From assembly GCA_937864235.1 (NCBI GenBank), contig CALMJI010000018.1:73955-137954 (forward strand): DNA of 64,000 nucleotides. The letters are read 5' to 3'. This DNA is from an uncultured bacterium (GTDB taxonomy: Bacteria > Patescibacteriota > Minisyncoccia > SW-4-49-11). Below, piece by piece: positions 19,908 through 28,893 of the stretch (position 1 is its first letter; each line of letters begins with the position of its first letter). Under the pieces are notes generated by a model. The model did not search any database and had not been told where the DNA came from. It saw only the letters and a program-made list of their open reading frames with translations. A program made the translations under genes and the position numbers.

Positions 19908-22283
19908 CTACCTCCTCACAACAAATTTCCCAATATTCCAAAGCCCCGCCCCAACTGCAGCACCAAACAATCCATAAAAAATCCAATCAGCTACCAGCAC
20001 AGCCCAAGGTTTATGATAACCAAACTCACATTCCGAATTAGCAGGTAAAATAGAGGCTTGGATTAGCCCATCTTTCTCTGAATTAGACTCCACTATCTTG
20101 TCCCCATTACAAGTCCACTGGAATTGAGGTGAATAAATCTCCGCTACTCGAACTTTTTGCTTCTCAGCTCCAGTCTTCACAATAGGATTATAAGAAAATT
20201 CCTGAGTAATCCCCTCTCCTGAGATATAAGCCTTCACATCTTTTACTTCATAAATACTATACCCCTCTACAGTAGAAGTAATTCTATTCAAACCATCTCT
20301 TTTTTGTAATAAATAGCAACTAATAAGATTCTTGTCATTTTCTAATCTATCTTCGCAATAATCATCATAACCACTAAATACAATATATTTAACATTATAA
20401 TCTCTCAAAATTTTAGTCCAATCTTGAGCTGAATAATTCATCAAAACTTTATCAAATTCATTAAAATACCTCTGCCCTTCCGACATCACCCGAGTATGAT
20501 TCCAAGAGCCATCATCATCACGAGTCAAATCTAGAATCCTATATTCCATATTCGGATTTAGCTCATCTAGAATTTTTTTAGCTCGCTCTACCCCTTCCAT
20601 ATGATAATCCATCGACGGAATAGTACGAAAAGTATACATCTGCCCCGCCTGATACCTAACCGAGATCAGTACCAGAATCAAAGCCACAGCCCCAGCAAAG
20701 GCCGAACTCAATTTCCAAGCTCTAGACTTAAATTCATTCGCACTATAATACCAAATCACCCCTCCCAACACACTCACTCCCAGAGCAAATATCATCATAA
20801 ATCTACCTGGGGTTCTAAGTCCCCAAAAATAAGGAAAATACTCATTCAAAACTCTATACAACCAAGAATTGCTATAACCAAGAGCCAGATACCCAGCCAA
20901 TCCAGAGCCAAGCCAAAGAGCTAAAATATATTTATTCCTCTTCAACCAGAAAATCCCTCCCACAGCTAAAGAAACCCAAAACAGCCAAATCAGACGATTA
21001 TCCAAAGGCACCGACCGCAAATCATAACCAATTTCCTCAGATACAATCCCCTCTTTATTCTGTAAATAAAATAATTCCTCAAAAGTCGGAGAATAGTAAT
21101 CCTTCACAAAAGGCACAATTCTCTCTTCAGTCTGAGAGTCATCTAGAATTCCATCAGCCTGACGATAACCAAAGAAAGTAGGGACCAAAACATGCAAGCC
21201 CATCAGCCCCACCACCATCCAAACCGCTCCAAACAAAATCCCCCTGCGTAACAATTCCCTCTTGGATTCAATATTCACCAAAGCCATCCCAAGCATAATC
21301 ACCAGAAGTGGCAAAACATTAGTAAATACCAAAGTAATCCCTGACACCAAAGTTGCAAAAGCTACCAAAACCCCCAAGACAATAATTCTAAGAACATTCT
21401 CCCACCATTTCACTTCATTCCTATGAAGAATTCGCAGCCAAGCCAAGACAATCCAAGGGAGAAGACTATAAGCCACCCCGAACTCTATCACCCCACTCAA
21501 AACCGACAAAAAGAAAGGGTTTAGAGCATAGACTAAAGCCACCAAAATCTGCCCAGATATACCAGCAATTCTATTTTCTAATTTTGGCATAATAGCCCTA
21601 TACAAAACAATAGCCCCAATACCTGCAATAACAATACTATTGAATTGATGAATTTTAATCCCTAAGTACAAATCCCCAGCAATCCAACTCAAAAACTCTG
21701 TATCCAAAACCGCCCAATTACTAGTCAAGATATTCCAAGCCCGCCCAAACTGATAAAACCAACCCGAGCTAAACTGCTCCCAGACATCCGACAAAACCAC
21801 CATACCCCCCATATCCAAAAAGCTATTATGAGGAATCTCAGACTTTACAAAATACCTACCAGAAACCAATACTAAACCAGCTAAACCAAATCCAGCAATC
21901 CACATCCAATCTTTAATTTTAGACACCCATCTCACAACCCAAGACATAATCCCATCCAAAAAATTCTCCAACCAAGGCCAAGACAATTTATGATTACTCC
22001 AGATTTCACTAAAGACCATAATACACAACAGATAATACACATTCACCGCAAAAGCCTCAGCCAACTCGTCCAATTTTAGAGACAAAGCAATTGGAGTCAA
22101 AGTCAAAAGCCCCAAAGCCACATACCCAGCCGGACGATTATCTATCCGAAACAAAATCACCCCAGCCACATAAGCCCATAGTAAAGCCCCCCACACCTCA
22201 CCAAAAGACCAAAATAACAAAACAAATACCACCCCAACCACAGCAAGCCTCAACCAATCTAACCCCGAAATCTTAGATTTCAT
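19908..22283 (-). CDS. large multi-TM protein, GT-C/YfhO-like glycosyltransferase
   Basis: Many TM helices; ALVYALNPF, YSLLPW, LRTPGRF and YNVKYIV motifs. Confidence 0.6.
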   Translation of the reverse strand: MKSKISGLDWLRLAVVGVVFVLLFWSFGEVWGALLWAYVAGVILFRIDNRPAGYVALGLLTLTPIALSLKLDELAEAFAVNVYYLLCIMVFSEIWSNHKLSWPWLENFLDGIMSWVVRWVSKIKDWMWIAGFGLAGLVLVSGRYFVKSEIPHNSFLDMGGMVVLSDVWEQFSSGWFYQFGRAWNILTSNWAVLDTEFLSWIAGDLYLGIKIHQFNSIVIAGIGAIVLYRAIMPKLENRIAGISGQILVALVYALNPFFLSVLSGVIEFGVAYSLLPWIVLAWLRILHRNEVKWWENVLRIIVLGVLVAFATLVSGITLVFTNVLPLLVIMLGMALVNIESKRELLRRGILFGAVWMVVGLMGLHVLVPTFFGYRQADGILDDSQTEERIVPFVKDYYSPTFEELFYLQNKEGIVSEEIGYDLRSVPLDNRLIWLFWVSLAVGGIFWLKRNKYILALWLGSGLAGYLALGYSNSWLYRVLNEYFPYFWGLRTPGRFMMIFALGVSVLGGVIWYYSANEFKSRAWKLSSAFAGAVALILVLISVRYQAGQMYTFRTIPSMDYHMEGVERAKKILDELNPNMEYRILDLTRDDDGSWNHTRVMSEGQRYFNEFDKVLMNYSAQDWTKILRDYNVKYIVFSGYDDYCEDRLENDKNLISCYLLQKRDGLNRITSTVEGYSIYEVKDVKAYISGEGITQEFSYNPIVKTGAEKQKVRVAEIYSPQFQWTCNGDKIVESNSEKDGLIQASILPANSECEFGYHKPWAVLVADWIFYGLFGAAVGAGLWNIGKFVVRR

Positions 22284-22414
22284 AACTTATACCATAAATT
22301 TTAATATTCTAATTATATCACAAACACCACACTATTCTCAATTCAAAAATATATATATCACCTATATTTTGATTTTACAAAATCATAATATTATGATATC
22401 ATCAATCCGTCATT

Positions 22415-23239
22415 TTGCACATTAATAAAATGTTATTCAAAATAGTGTCTCATTCAGTAGTCCAAATTCTAGAGTTTTACCTAAAATGCTCTTGGCTTGA
22501 ACCTACACCATATTCACGACAAGCAATTTATAAAGAAGCAGAAGCTTTTAAAAAGCTAAAACAATGCTCCCCATTTGCAATCCCATGGAATATGGAAATA
22601 AAGTTAGGACCATATATTTGTATCCTAACCCGAAATGCTGGGACTTCATTAGCCACTCTATTAGATTCATCACAAAGTGAAGAATATATCCACTATCTAG
22701 CAGATTTTCTAAGCAACCTAGAAAATTGGATTATAAGTACAAGCTATGAAGTGTCTATAGAATCTTTAACCATAAATCCTTGGTTAAAAACTAAAGAAAA
22801 AATAATATCTCTACTCAATGAAGGAGATAATCATCACTCATTACATCAAGTAAAAACAAACCTACAGACTCCCCCAACAGCAAGAGTATTTGAAGAACAC
22901 GGAGACCTAAACCTAGAGAACATTATGTTCAAGCAAGGCAAAATAACACTCATTGACCCTAGATTTGGAGTATACCCAATAGCATTTCCTTATCTCAAAA
23001 TGTTATATATGTGGACATTACTACATAGCGGGGCAGACTGCTCACACTTAGTCGTACAAAAGATATTAGAATCTATACAAAAGATGGGATTGTCCGAAGA
23101 GATAAAAGTTCTACTACCCACAACCCTACTCAGGATAAAATATCCTCAAATGATGGAGCCCAAATTCCATCATCTACTCAACCCTACAAAATCAGATGAA
23201 GTCATAGCAATATTAGACTTTATTTGGAGTAATCTATAA
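22415..23239 (+). CDS. phosphotransferase (APH/protein kinase-like fold)
   Basis: HGDLNLENIMF and LIDPRF catalytic motifs; start may be ATG 22430. Confidence 0.7.
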   Translation: MHINKMLFKIVSHSVVQILEFYLKCSWLEPTPYSRQAIYKEAEAFKKLKQCSPFAIPWNMEIKLGPYICILTRNAGTSLATLLDSSQSEEYIHYLADFLSNLENWIISTSYEVSIESLTINPWLKTKEKIISLLNEGDNHHSLHQVKTNLQTPPTARVFEEHGDLNLENIMFKQGKITLIDPRFGVYPIAFPYLKMLYMWTLLHSGADCSHLVVQKILESIQKMGLSEEIKVLLPTTLLRIKYPQMMEPKFHHLLNPTKSDEVIAILDFIWSNL

Positions 23240-23268
23240 AAGGAAGAAATTTTCTTCCTTTTTTTCTT
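23238..23268 (+). terminator. intrinsic terminator
   Basis: AAAAGGAAGAA / TTCTTCCTTTT stem with T-tract. Confidence 0.55.
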
Positions 23269-23307
23269 TTTATATGATAATCTACAGATAATATTTATAC
23301 ACTATAT

Positions 23308-23949
23308 ATGAATCAATATAATCTCAGAATTTTATTCATCAGGCATGCAGAAAGCCAAGCCAATACCACCCCAGATATAATAGTAGGCAGACAAGCAGAA
23401 TCCCCACTAACAGAATTAGGAGAACAACAAGCACAATTACTAAGACATAGATTAGAAGAAATCTCTGATCCATATATATACACCTCAAATCTAATCAGAT
23501 CTCAAGCCACCACGACACTAGCCATAGCCCCAGATTTGCATCACAAAATCAAAATAATACCTCAGCTACAAGAATTCACCAATGGAGACTGGGATGGGAA
23601 ATCTCGTAAAGAAATCTACACCCCCCAACAATTAAACCAAATCAATACAGCAGGATACCTATTCATACCACCAAATGGAGAATCCCAAAGAATGGTACAA
23701 AGAAGAGCCTCTAATTGGCTAGAAGATGAAATACTATACAATCCAGAATTCCAAGGAACCCAAGAAAAAACAATTTTAATCTTTTCACATGGACTAGTAA
23801 TCAAAAGCCTACTCCACTATATATTAGGATTCTCAGATAGATATATATATCGTTTTAAATTAGTCAATACTGGAATATGTGAATTCAAATACACAGAAGA
23901 AGGCTGGTTCCCTATAGCTATCAATGATACAAAACATCTAGTAAAATAA
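23308..23949 (+). CDS. histidine phosphatase family protein
   Basis: RHAES, SNLIRSQAT, PPNGES and FSHG motifs. Confidence 0.9.
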   Translation: MNQYNLRILFIRHAESQANTTPDIIVGRQAESPLTELGEQQAQLLRHRLEEISDPYIYTSNLIRSQATTTLAIAPDLHHKIKIIPQLQEFTNGDWDGKSRKEIYTPQQLNQINTAGYLFIPPNGESQRMVQRRASNWLEDEILYNPEFQGTQEKTILIFSHGLVIKSLLHYILGFSDRYIYRFKLVNTGICEFKYTEEGWFPIAINDTKHLVK

Positions 23950-24009
23950 TCCACCTCCCCACAAAATATGCTATAATAAACACATACCAATTAATCCTAA
24001 ATTAATATT

Positions 24010-24327
24010 ATGCTACTCACAACCACATCCCAAATCTCAGGAAAAGAAATCACAGAGTATAAAGGAATAGTCAACGGCGAAGTCATCCTAGGAGCCAACG
24101 TCTTCCGAGACATTATGGCCTCAATCAGAGACTTCATCGGAGGGAGGTCAGCCGCCTATGAAGAAGTACTCAAAAAAGCCAAAGAAGAAGCCTTTCAAGA
24201 AATACAACAAGAAGCCAAAAAACTCGGAGCCAATGCCATAATCGGAATCGATATAGACTATGAAATGATCGGAACCGGAATGCTCATGGTAGCCGTCAGC
24301 GGAACCGCCGTCGTAACCAAAGAGTAA
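24010..24327 (+). CDS. YbjQ/UPF0145 family protein
   Basis: [34 protein letters not shown] and [11 protein letters not shown]. Confidence 0.92.
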   Translation: MLLTTTSQISGKEITEYKGIVNGEVILGANVFRDIMASIRDFIGGRSAAYEEVLKKAKEEAFQEIQQEAKKLGANAIIGIDIDYEMIGTGMLMVAVSGTAVVTKE

Positions 24328-24337
24328 TCTCAACTGA

Positions 24338-24612
24338 TAAATTCCCCTCTCGAGAGATAGCAGGCTTTGCCTGACGGGGTGGAGTATTTCTGTACTTCAC
24401 CTTTCTGTCTCCCTTTGGAGGGAGTACCCGTAATAGACTGAAAGTCTGGGAAAGGGGTCGGGAAAACGGCAGTTTTCCCGTGGAGGAAGGCTGGGAAACC
24501 GTGAGGTTTCACAAGAGCAAATCTCATTTGCGACGGGGGAGGGTGGATAAAACACAAACTAAAACTCTATCCACCTCCGGCACTCTGTGCCACCTCCTCC
24601 AAAGGAGGACAA
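24338..24612. repeat. modular hairpin repeat cluster containing a ~100-bp inserted element (24434..24536)
   Basis: Modules shared with other clusters; the insert is a near copy of reverse-complemented 37192..37294. Confidence 0.85.
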
Positions 24613-24692
24613 TTACTATCCAATTTACTGTTATTAGTCTAGTAATGTATATAATCCCTTTTGTCGACGATTACCTCATCTCGCACATAAAC

Positions 24693-24721
24693 TTGACAAA
24701 ATATTAAGTTTAAGTTAATAT
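24693..24721 (+). promoter_or_regulatory. sigma70 promoter convergent on the PemK gene 3' end
   Basis: TTGACA-17bp-TAATAT. Confidence 0.7.
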
Positions 24722-24727
24722 TGAGAT

Positions 24728-24788
24728 ACAAATTGCCACTCGGCACGACCCTTATTAGGAATATTTCCCGATAAGGGGTTATTTTTTT
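24728..24788 (+). ncRNA. putative two-hairpin small RNA (copy 1)
   Basis: TGCC-actc-GGCA, CGA linker, CCCTTAT...ATAAGGG and a T-tract, downstream of the promoter. Confidence 0.55.
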
Positions 24789-25186
24789 ATAAATATATCT
24801 AAAAAGGCCTGCTTCACTATATCAAAATCCTGAGGAGACATAATACCTTTTCTATAATGTAATCGTTTAGCATCTAAAACTCTCATCTGAGATATTAATG
24901 CTGAATATTGCTTCCCTTTATATATGAACGGAATATAAAATTGATTATTTGGTTTTATTTTAGTACTGGTTGGAATAGCAAAAAATAGTTTTTGATTAAA
25001 TTTGTGCAACACAATAACTGGTCTATGGAAATTAGAATTTCTTCCACTCATTTCAAAACCCACATTCTCACCTAAATAACTCATCCAAATTTCTCTTTCT
25101 CTAAAAGCTGGCAATTTAGCAGATGATATATCTATTTTCTCTTTTAATCCAATCCACTCCTGAAATCTTTTTATAAACTTTTGCAT
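24779..25186 (-). CDS. PemK/MazF family endoribonuclease toxin (no adjacent protein antitoxin)
   Basis: EREIWMSYLGENVGFEMSG...RPVIV, AIPTST and SQMRVLDAKRL. Confidence 0.88.
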   Translation of the reverse strand: MQKFIKRFQEWIGLKEKIDISSAKLPAFREREIWMSYLGENVGFEMSGRNSNFHRPVIVLHKFNQKLFFAIPTSTKIKPNNQFYIPFIYKGKQYSALISQMRVLDAKRLHYRKGIMSPQDFDIVKQAFLDIFIKK

Positions 25187-25247
25187 ATTATATTTTTGAT
25201 TATTATTTACCTAGTATATACCCAAAACTTTATTAAAGCAAAAGTTT

Positions 25248-25500
25248 CTGTCCACACCCACCGCTATGCGGCCCACTCGCCGGCGAGGGACAGTTTTTTG
25301 GGGGGCTCGGCGGTAACTTTGTCCTCCCTTCGGAGGGAGTACCCGTAGGGTGAGGGTGGATGGGCTATTTTTGTCCTCCCTTGGGGGAGGTGGCCGTCAG
25401 GCCGGAGGAGGACAGGAGCAAATCTCATTTGCGACGACGGAGTGAGGACTTGCTCACTGCCCTTTTACGATAAAAGGCATACCCAAGATAGTAAATCTAA
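25248..25500. repeat. modular hairpin repeat cluster plus 41-bp cassette-end repeat (25460..25500)
   Basis: Module A at 25373..25413; CCCTTTTACGATAAAAGGCATACCCAAGATAGTAAATCTAA recurs at 27642 and partly at 29113. Confidence 0.85.
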
Positions 25501-25502
25501 AC

Positions 25503-25531
25503 TTGACAATCAATACTATATATTGTAATAT
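25503..25531 (+). promoter_or_regulatory. sigma70 promoter convergent on the second PemK gene
   Basis: TTGACA-17bp-TAATAT. Confidence 0.7.
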
Positions 25532-25536
25532 AGTTA

Positions 25537-25585
25537 CATATTTGGGATTGTCCCACGTACCTCTCCTCGGAGAGGACTATTTTTT
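25537..25585 (+). ncRNA. putative two-hairpin small RNA (copy 2)
   Basis: TGGGA-ttg-TCCCA, CGTA linker, CCTCTC-ctcg-GAGAGG and a T-tract. Confidence 0.55.
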
Positions 25586-25982
25586 ATCTATAGAGATTAG
25601 AAAATCCCTTTTTTATATCAAAAAAGTCCTTATTATCTAAATCACCCATATAGGTTGTTAGTCTTCTAAAATCTATTGTCCTTGCTTGAGCTAAATTTAC
25701 AACTTGGGCTCTGCCCCGATGAGTAAATGAAACATACCAAGAGCCCTCTTTTATTTTTGTAGAACAAGGTAAGACCATAAACTGATATCTACTTAGTTTT
25801 TTCAAAATTACAACTGGTCTAGTAAAACTATCGTTTTTACCACTAACCTCAGTACCTATGTTTTCTCCCACACTACACCACCAAATCTGCCCCTCCTTAG
25901 TAAAGGGAGGTTTGCTATTAGATTGATCTAATTTAGGCTTTATAGCTAACCACTCCTGAAATCTTTTTATAAACTTTTGCAT
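25584..25982 (-). CDS. PemK/MazF family endoribonuclease toxin (second copy)
   Basis: EGQIWWCSVGENIGTEVSGK...RPVVILKK, VLPCST and AQARTIDFRRL. Confidence 0.88.
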   Translation of the reverse strand: MQKFIKRFQEWLAIKPKLDQSNSKPPFTKEGQIWWCSVGENIGTEVSGKNDSFTRPVVILKKLSRYQFMVLPCSTKIKEGSWYVSFTHRGRAQVVNLAQARTIDFRRLTTYMGDLDNKDFFDIKKGFSNLYR

Positions 25983-26008
25983 ATTATATTTTTGATTCTT
26001 ATCTATCT

Positions 26009-26037
26009 AGTATATCCTAAATATTTTAGTAAAGCAA
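26009..26037 (-). promoter_or_regulatory. shared toxin-cassette promoter
   Basis: TTGCTT-17bp-TATACT on the minus strand, within a 57-bp leader identical to 28833..28889 and similar to 25187..25243. Confidence 0.6.
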
Positions 26038-26056
26038 AAGCTTCTGTCCTTCGCCC

Positions 26057-26191
26057 TTTTGTCCCCCTTCGGAGGGGGTGCCTGCAAGGTGGGGGTGGCT
26101 TGTATTCTGACCCTCACTGCCCTTCTGTCCCTCGCTTTTTAATCCGCCTTGGGAGGAAGCGAGGGTGGCACGGAGTGCCGGGTGTGGACTG
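26057..26191 (+). repeat. 135-bp direct repeat (left flank of the Fic gene)
   Basis: Near-identical to 27497..27631. Confidence 0.9.
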
Positions 26192-26220
26192 TATTTTTCT
26201 TTCCTATCTACAAACCTAAT

Positions 26221-27291
26221 TCACCCAATACTTTGAAAATAATTATTCACAGCAAATTCATATTGCTCTATGAATATCTTTTTGAAATAAGTAATATTAT
26301 TAGTCTCATAAAATAATATACTAGCCTTTTTATACTCAGCCTCAGATACCCCTCTATAAGACAATGGCGTATAATCATAAGCAATCAACATAGCATTAGA
26401 TACAAGTCTAGCAGTCCTTTTATTCCCATCCTCAAAACCCTGTATATATGACAATAAAATTAAGCTGAAAAACGCCTTCTCAAACACATTAGAAGTCCCA
26501 TTCACCAATTTTACCATAGACTTTATAGCCTCCTCAATATGAAACATATTATCTATTGGCCTATAATTAGTCCCCACAATACCAACTGGAGACTTTCTCA
26601 AATTATGAGTAATATTCAAATTTTTAACCAAAATCTGATGAGCTTTTTCAATAAAAGCCTGCTTCAAAACTTTAAAACTCTTTTTATGAGCTATCACAAA
26701 ATCAAAAGCCTCCTTATGATTAAGAATCATTTGAGTCTCCTCCTGACTTTTACCAACCGCACTTTGATGATTGACAATCAAAGACTCCGTATCCAAAAGA
26801 GAATAAGTGTTTCCCTCAATCTGAGAAGATTTCCAAGCAAACTCAATAATTATCCTTTCAAACTCCTTATGCTTAATCACCTCACTATCTATACCCTCCA
26901 GATTACTAACAAAAGTTTTATGCAAACTCTCCAAATAACTCATTTCCTCCTCCGTAAAAACTGAAGTCTCCGCCAAAAGTTTAAAAATATCAAAATTAAA
27001 TTTACTACTAACTATCCTCTCATCCTGAGGAATAGCAAAATACTTCTCCACATCTACAGGCCTCAAAATAGCATAGCTAGGAGACAAATGATACTCCACA
27101 CCGCGACCAGCACCAGTCTGTACCAAATACCCAAGATCACATAATAATTGCAAATCCCTGACAATAGTCACACGAGAAACCTCCTCAGCCAAAAACCCCA
27201 TTATATCCAAAACCGCCCCACTACCATGAGACTCAAAAAACTCCATAACTCTAAGCTGGCGAACATTAAGCACAATATTATCCTGCTTCAT
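26221..27291 (-). CDS. HTH-Fic family protein
   Basis: N-terminal wHTH (SRVTIVRDLQLL), SSQIEGNTYS and Fic motif YIQGFEDGNKRTAR. Confidence 0.9.
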   Translation of the reverse strand: MKQDNIVLNVRQLRVMEFFESHGSGAVLDIMGFLAEEVSRVTIVRDLQLLCDLGYLVQTGAGRGVEYHLSPSYAILRPVDVEKYFAIPQDERIVSSKFNFDIFKLLAETSVFTEEEMSYLESLHKTFVSNLEGIDSEVIKHKEFERIIIEFAWKSSQIEGNTYSLLDTESLIVNHQSAVGKSQEETQMILNHKEAFDFVIAHKKSFKVLKQAFIEKAHQILVKNLNITHNLRKSPVGIVGTNYRPIDNMFHIEEAIKSMVKLVNGTSNVFEKAFFSLILLSYIQGFEDGNKRTARLVSNAMLIAYDYTPLSYRGVSEAEYKKASILFYETNNITYFKKIFIEQYEFAVNNYFQSIG

Positions 27292-27319
27292 ATAAAATAA
27301 TTAAATCATTAATTCAATC

Positions 27320-27345
27320 TAATTGTATCATAAATGATACAATTA
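27320..27345. promoter_or_regulatory. palindromic operator upstream of the Fic gene
   Basis: TAATTGTATCAT-AA-ATGATACAATTA, a perfect 12-bp inverted repeat. Confidence 0.6.
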
Positions 27346-27377
27346 AGCAATTGCAGTGATATAATTAAATATCGTCA

Positions 27378-27682
27378 TCTCCACCCTTCGTAGGGGCGAC
27401 CTCTCAGTCGCCTGTATTTTGTACTAAATTCCCCTCTCCTCCCAAGGCGGATTTCATTGAGGGGTGGACAGCTTCGCTGGACGGGGTGGAGTGTATTTTT
27501 GTCCCCCTTTGGAGGGGGTACCTGCAAGGTGGGGGTGGATTGTATTCTGCCCCTCACTGCCCTTTTGTCCCTCGTTTTTTAATCCGCCTTGGGAGGAGGC
27601 GAGGGTGGCACGGAGTGCCGGGTGTGGACTGAGCTTCCCTCCCCTTTTACGATAAAAGGCATACCCAAGATAGTAAATCTAA
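27378..27682. repeat. modular hairpin repeat cluster (GTAG-REP 27389..27412, 135-bp repeat copy, 41-bp cassette-end repeat)
   Basis: Direct sequence matches to other clusters. Confidence 0.88.
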
Positions 27683-27684
27683 TT

Positions 27685-27713
27685 TTGACAAAATCAAACA
27701 ATAGAGTTATTAT
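27685..27713 (+). promoter_or_regulatory. sigma70 promoter (third convergent copy)
   Basis: TTGACA-17bp-TATTAT. Confidence 0.6.
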
Positions 27714-27718
27714 TATTA

Positions 27719-27763
27719 TATATTCGGCATTAGCCGCGACCCTCTTGAAATATAGAGGGGTTA
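27719..27763 (+). ncRNA. putative two-hairpin small RNA (copy 3)
   Basis: CGGC-atta-GCCG, CGA linker, CCCTCT...AGAGGG, then GTTA. Confidence 0.5.
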
Positions 27764-27810
27764 TAAATAGGTAGACTAAGAGATCCTGGGCTACCTATTT
27801 TATATTATAA

Positions 27811-27990
27811 CTACTTACCCTCTGATTTAGCTTGTTTTTCCTTCATCATCTGCTCATATTTTCTAAGCATACGATTCTGATCCTCTGAAGATTGTTCAAC
27901 AGCTTTATATACAGCTCTTCTTTGGTTCTCCTCACTAAATAGTTCCATTAGGTATTCTCTATTCCTTTGCTCTTCTTTTACCTTGTCCAT
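27811..27990 (-). CDS. 59-aa helical partner of the zeta-like gene (absent from the ORF track)
   Basis: Hand translation MDKVKEEQRNREYLMELFSEENQRRAVYKAVEQSSEDQNRMLRKYEQMMKEKQAKSEGK; same position as 37417..37623 relative to its zeta-like gene. Confidence 0.7.
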   Translation of the reverse strand: MDKVKEEQRNREYLMELFSEENQRRAVYKAVEQSSEDQNRMLRKYEQMMKEKQAKSEGK

Positions 27991-28010
27991 ACTTGTTATA
28001 TTAATTATAC

Positions 28011-28832
28011 CTATCTTATATCATCTATTAGATTTTGTAAAGTGTCAGGAGTATATACTTTGATCAACCCATCTGACTTACAACCCTCTAAATAACTCTC
28101 CACATTTTGAATATTATATTCATATTTTTTAATTTTATTATCATCTGACTTTATTACAATATTGACATTCACTCTGTCTTCAAAATCTTCTTTAACTCTA
28201 ATAATATTTTGTTGGGATTGAAAAAACTGATCTATAAACTTATCTTTTAGAATGTTCCTCCCTTCTGTATATTCTCTAGCTACCGTAAATCTCCAAGCTA
28301 CAATAGGATCAAGATAAAGATAATATATATTTATAATTCTATTCTGTTTCAAAGACTTAGTAATTAACTTTTTCATAGTAGAGTAATTACTAAAAGTTCC
28401 ATCATGCAAAAAAGAAATATCATTTTTAAAACAATAATCTCTAATAATATCCAAGCCCTTGTTCGCAGCCTTCTGCACCACCTCAGCATTTCCCTTAATA
28501 TTATTATCCAAATCCGTCACACTATATTGAGGGATAAAAGTTCTAATCTCATCCACATCAATATGAATAAAAGGCATCTTCACATTAGAAGCAATCCCAT
28601 CTGAATTGAAGTCAATATTCAATTTTCCTTCAAAAATAGCCGGAATATATCTCCTCACAAATTCAGTTTTACCAGCTCCGGGGGAGCCAGCCATAAATAA
28701 AGAAATTCCACCCCCTATAGCCAAAGGATTATATCTTTTTACAAAATGATTTATCAGAGAATCTTTATTATCTAACACAAAGTCCAAAGCCTCTTGCTCC
28801 AACTCTAATTTTCTTTGACTAAAATTTTGCAT
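28011..28832 (-). CDS. zeta-toxin-like P-loop kinase
   Basis: MAGSPGAGKTEF, IDVDEIR, FLHDGTFS and AREYTEGRNI. Confidence 0.85.
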   Translation of the reverse strand: MQNFSQRKLELEQEALDFVLDNKDSLINHFVKRYNPLAIGGGISLFMAGSPGAGKTEFVRRYIPAIFEGKLNIDFNSDGIASNVKMPFIHIDVDEIRTFIPQYSVTDLDNNIKGNAEVVQKAANKGLDIIRDYCFKNDISFLHDGTFSNYSTMKKLITKSLKQNRIINIYYLYLDPIVAWRFTVAREYTEGRNILKDKFIDQFFQSQQNIIRVKEDFEDRVNVNIVIKSDDNKIKKYEYNIQNVESYLEGCKSDGLIKVYTPDTLQNLIDDIR

Positions 28833-28893
28833 ATTATATTTTTGATTCTTATCTATCTAGTATATCCTAAATATTTTAGTAAAGCAAAAACTC

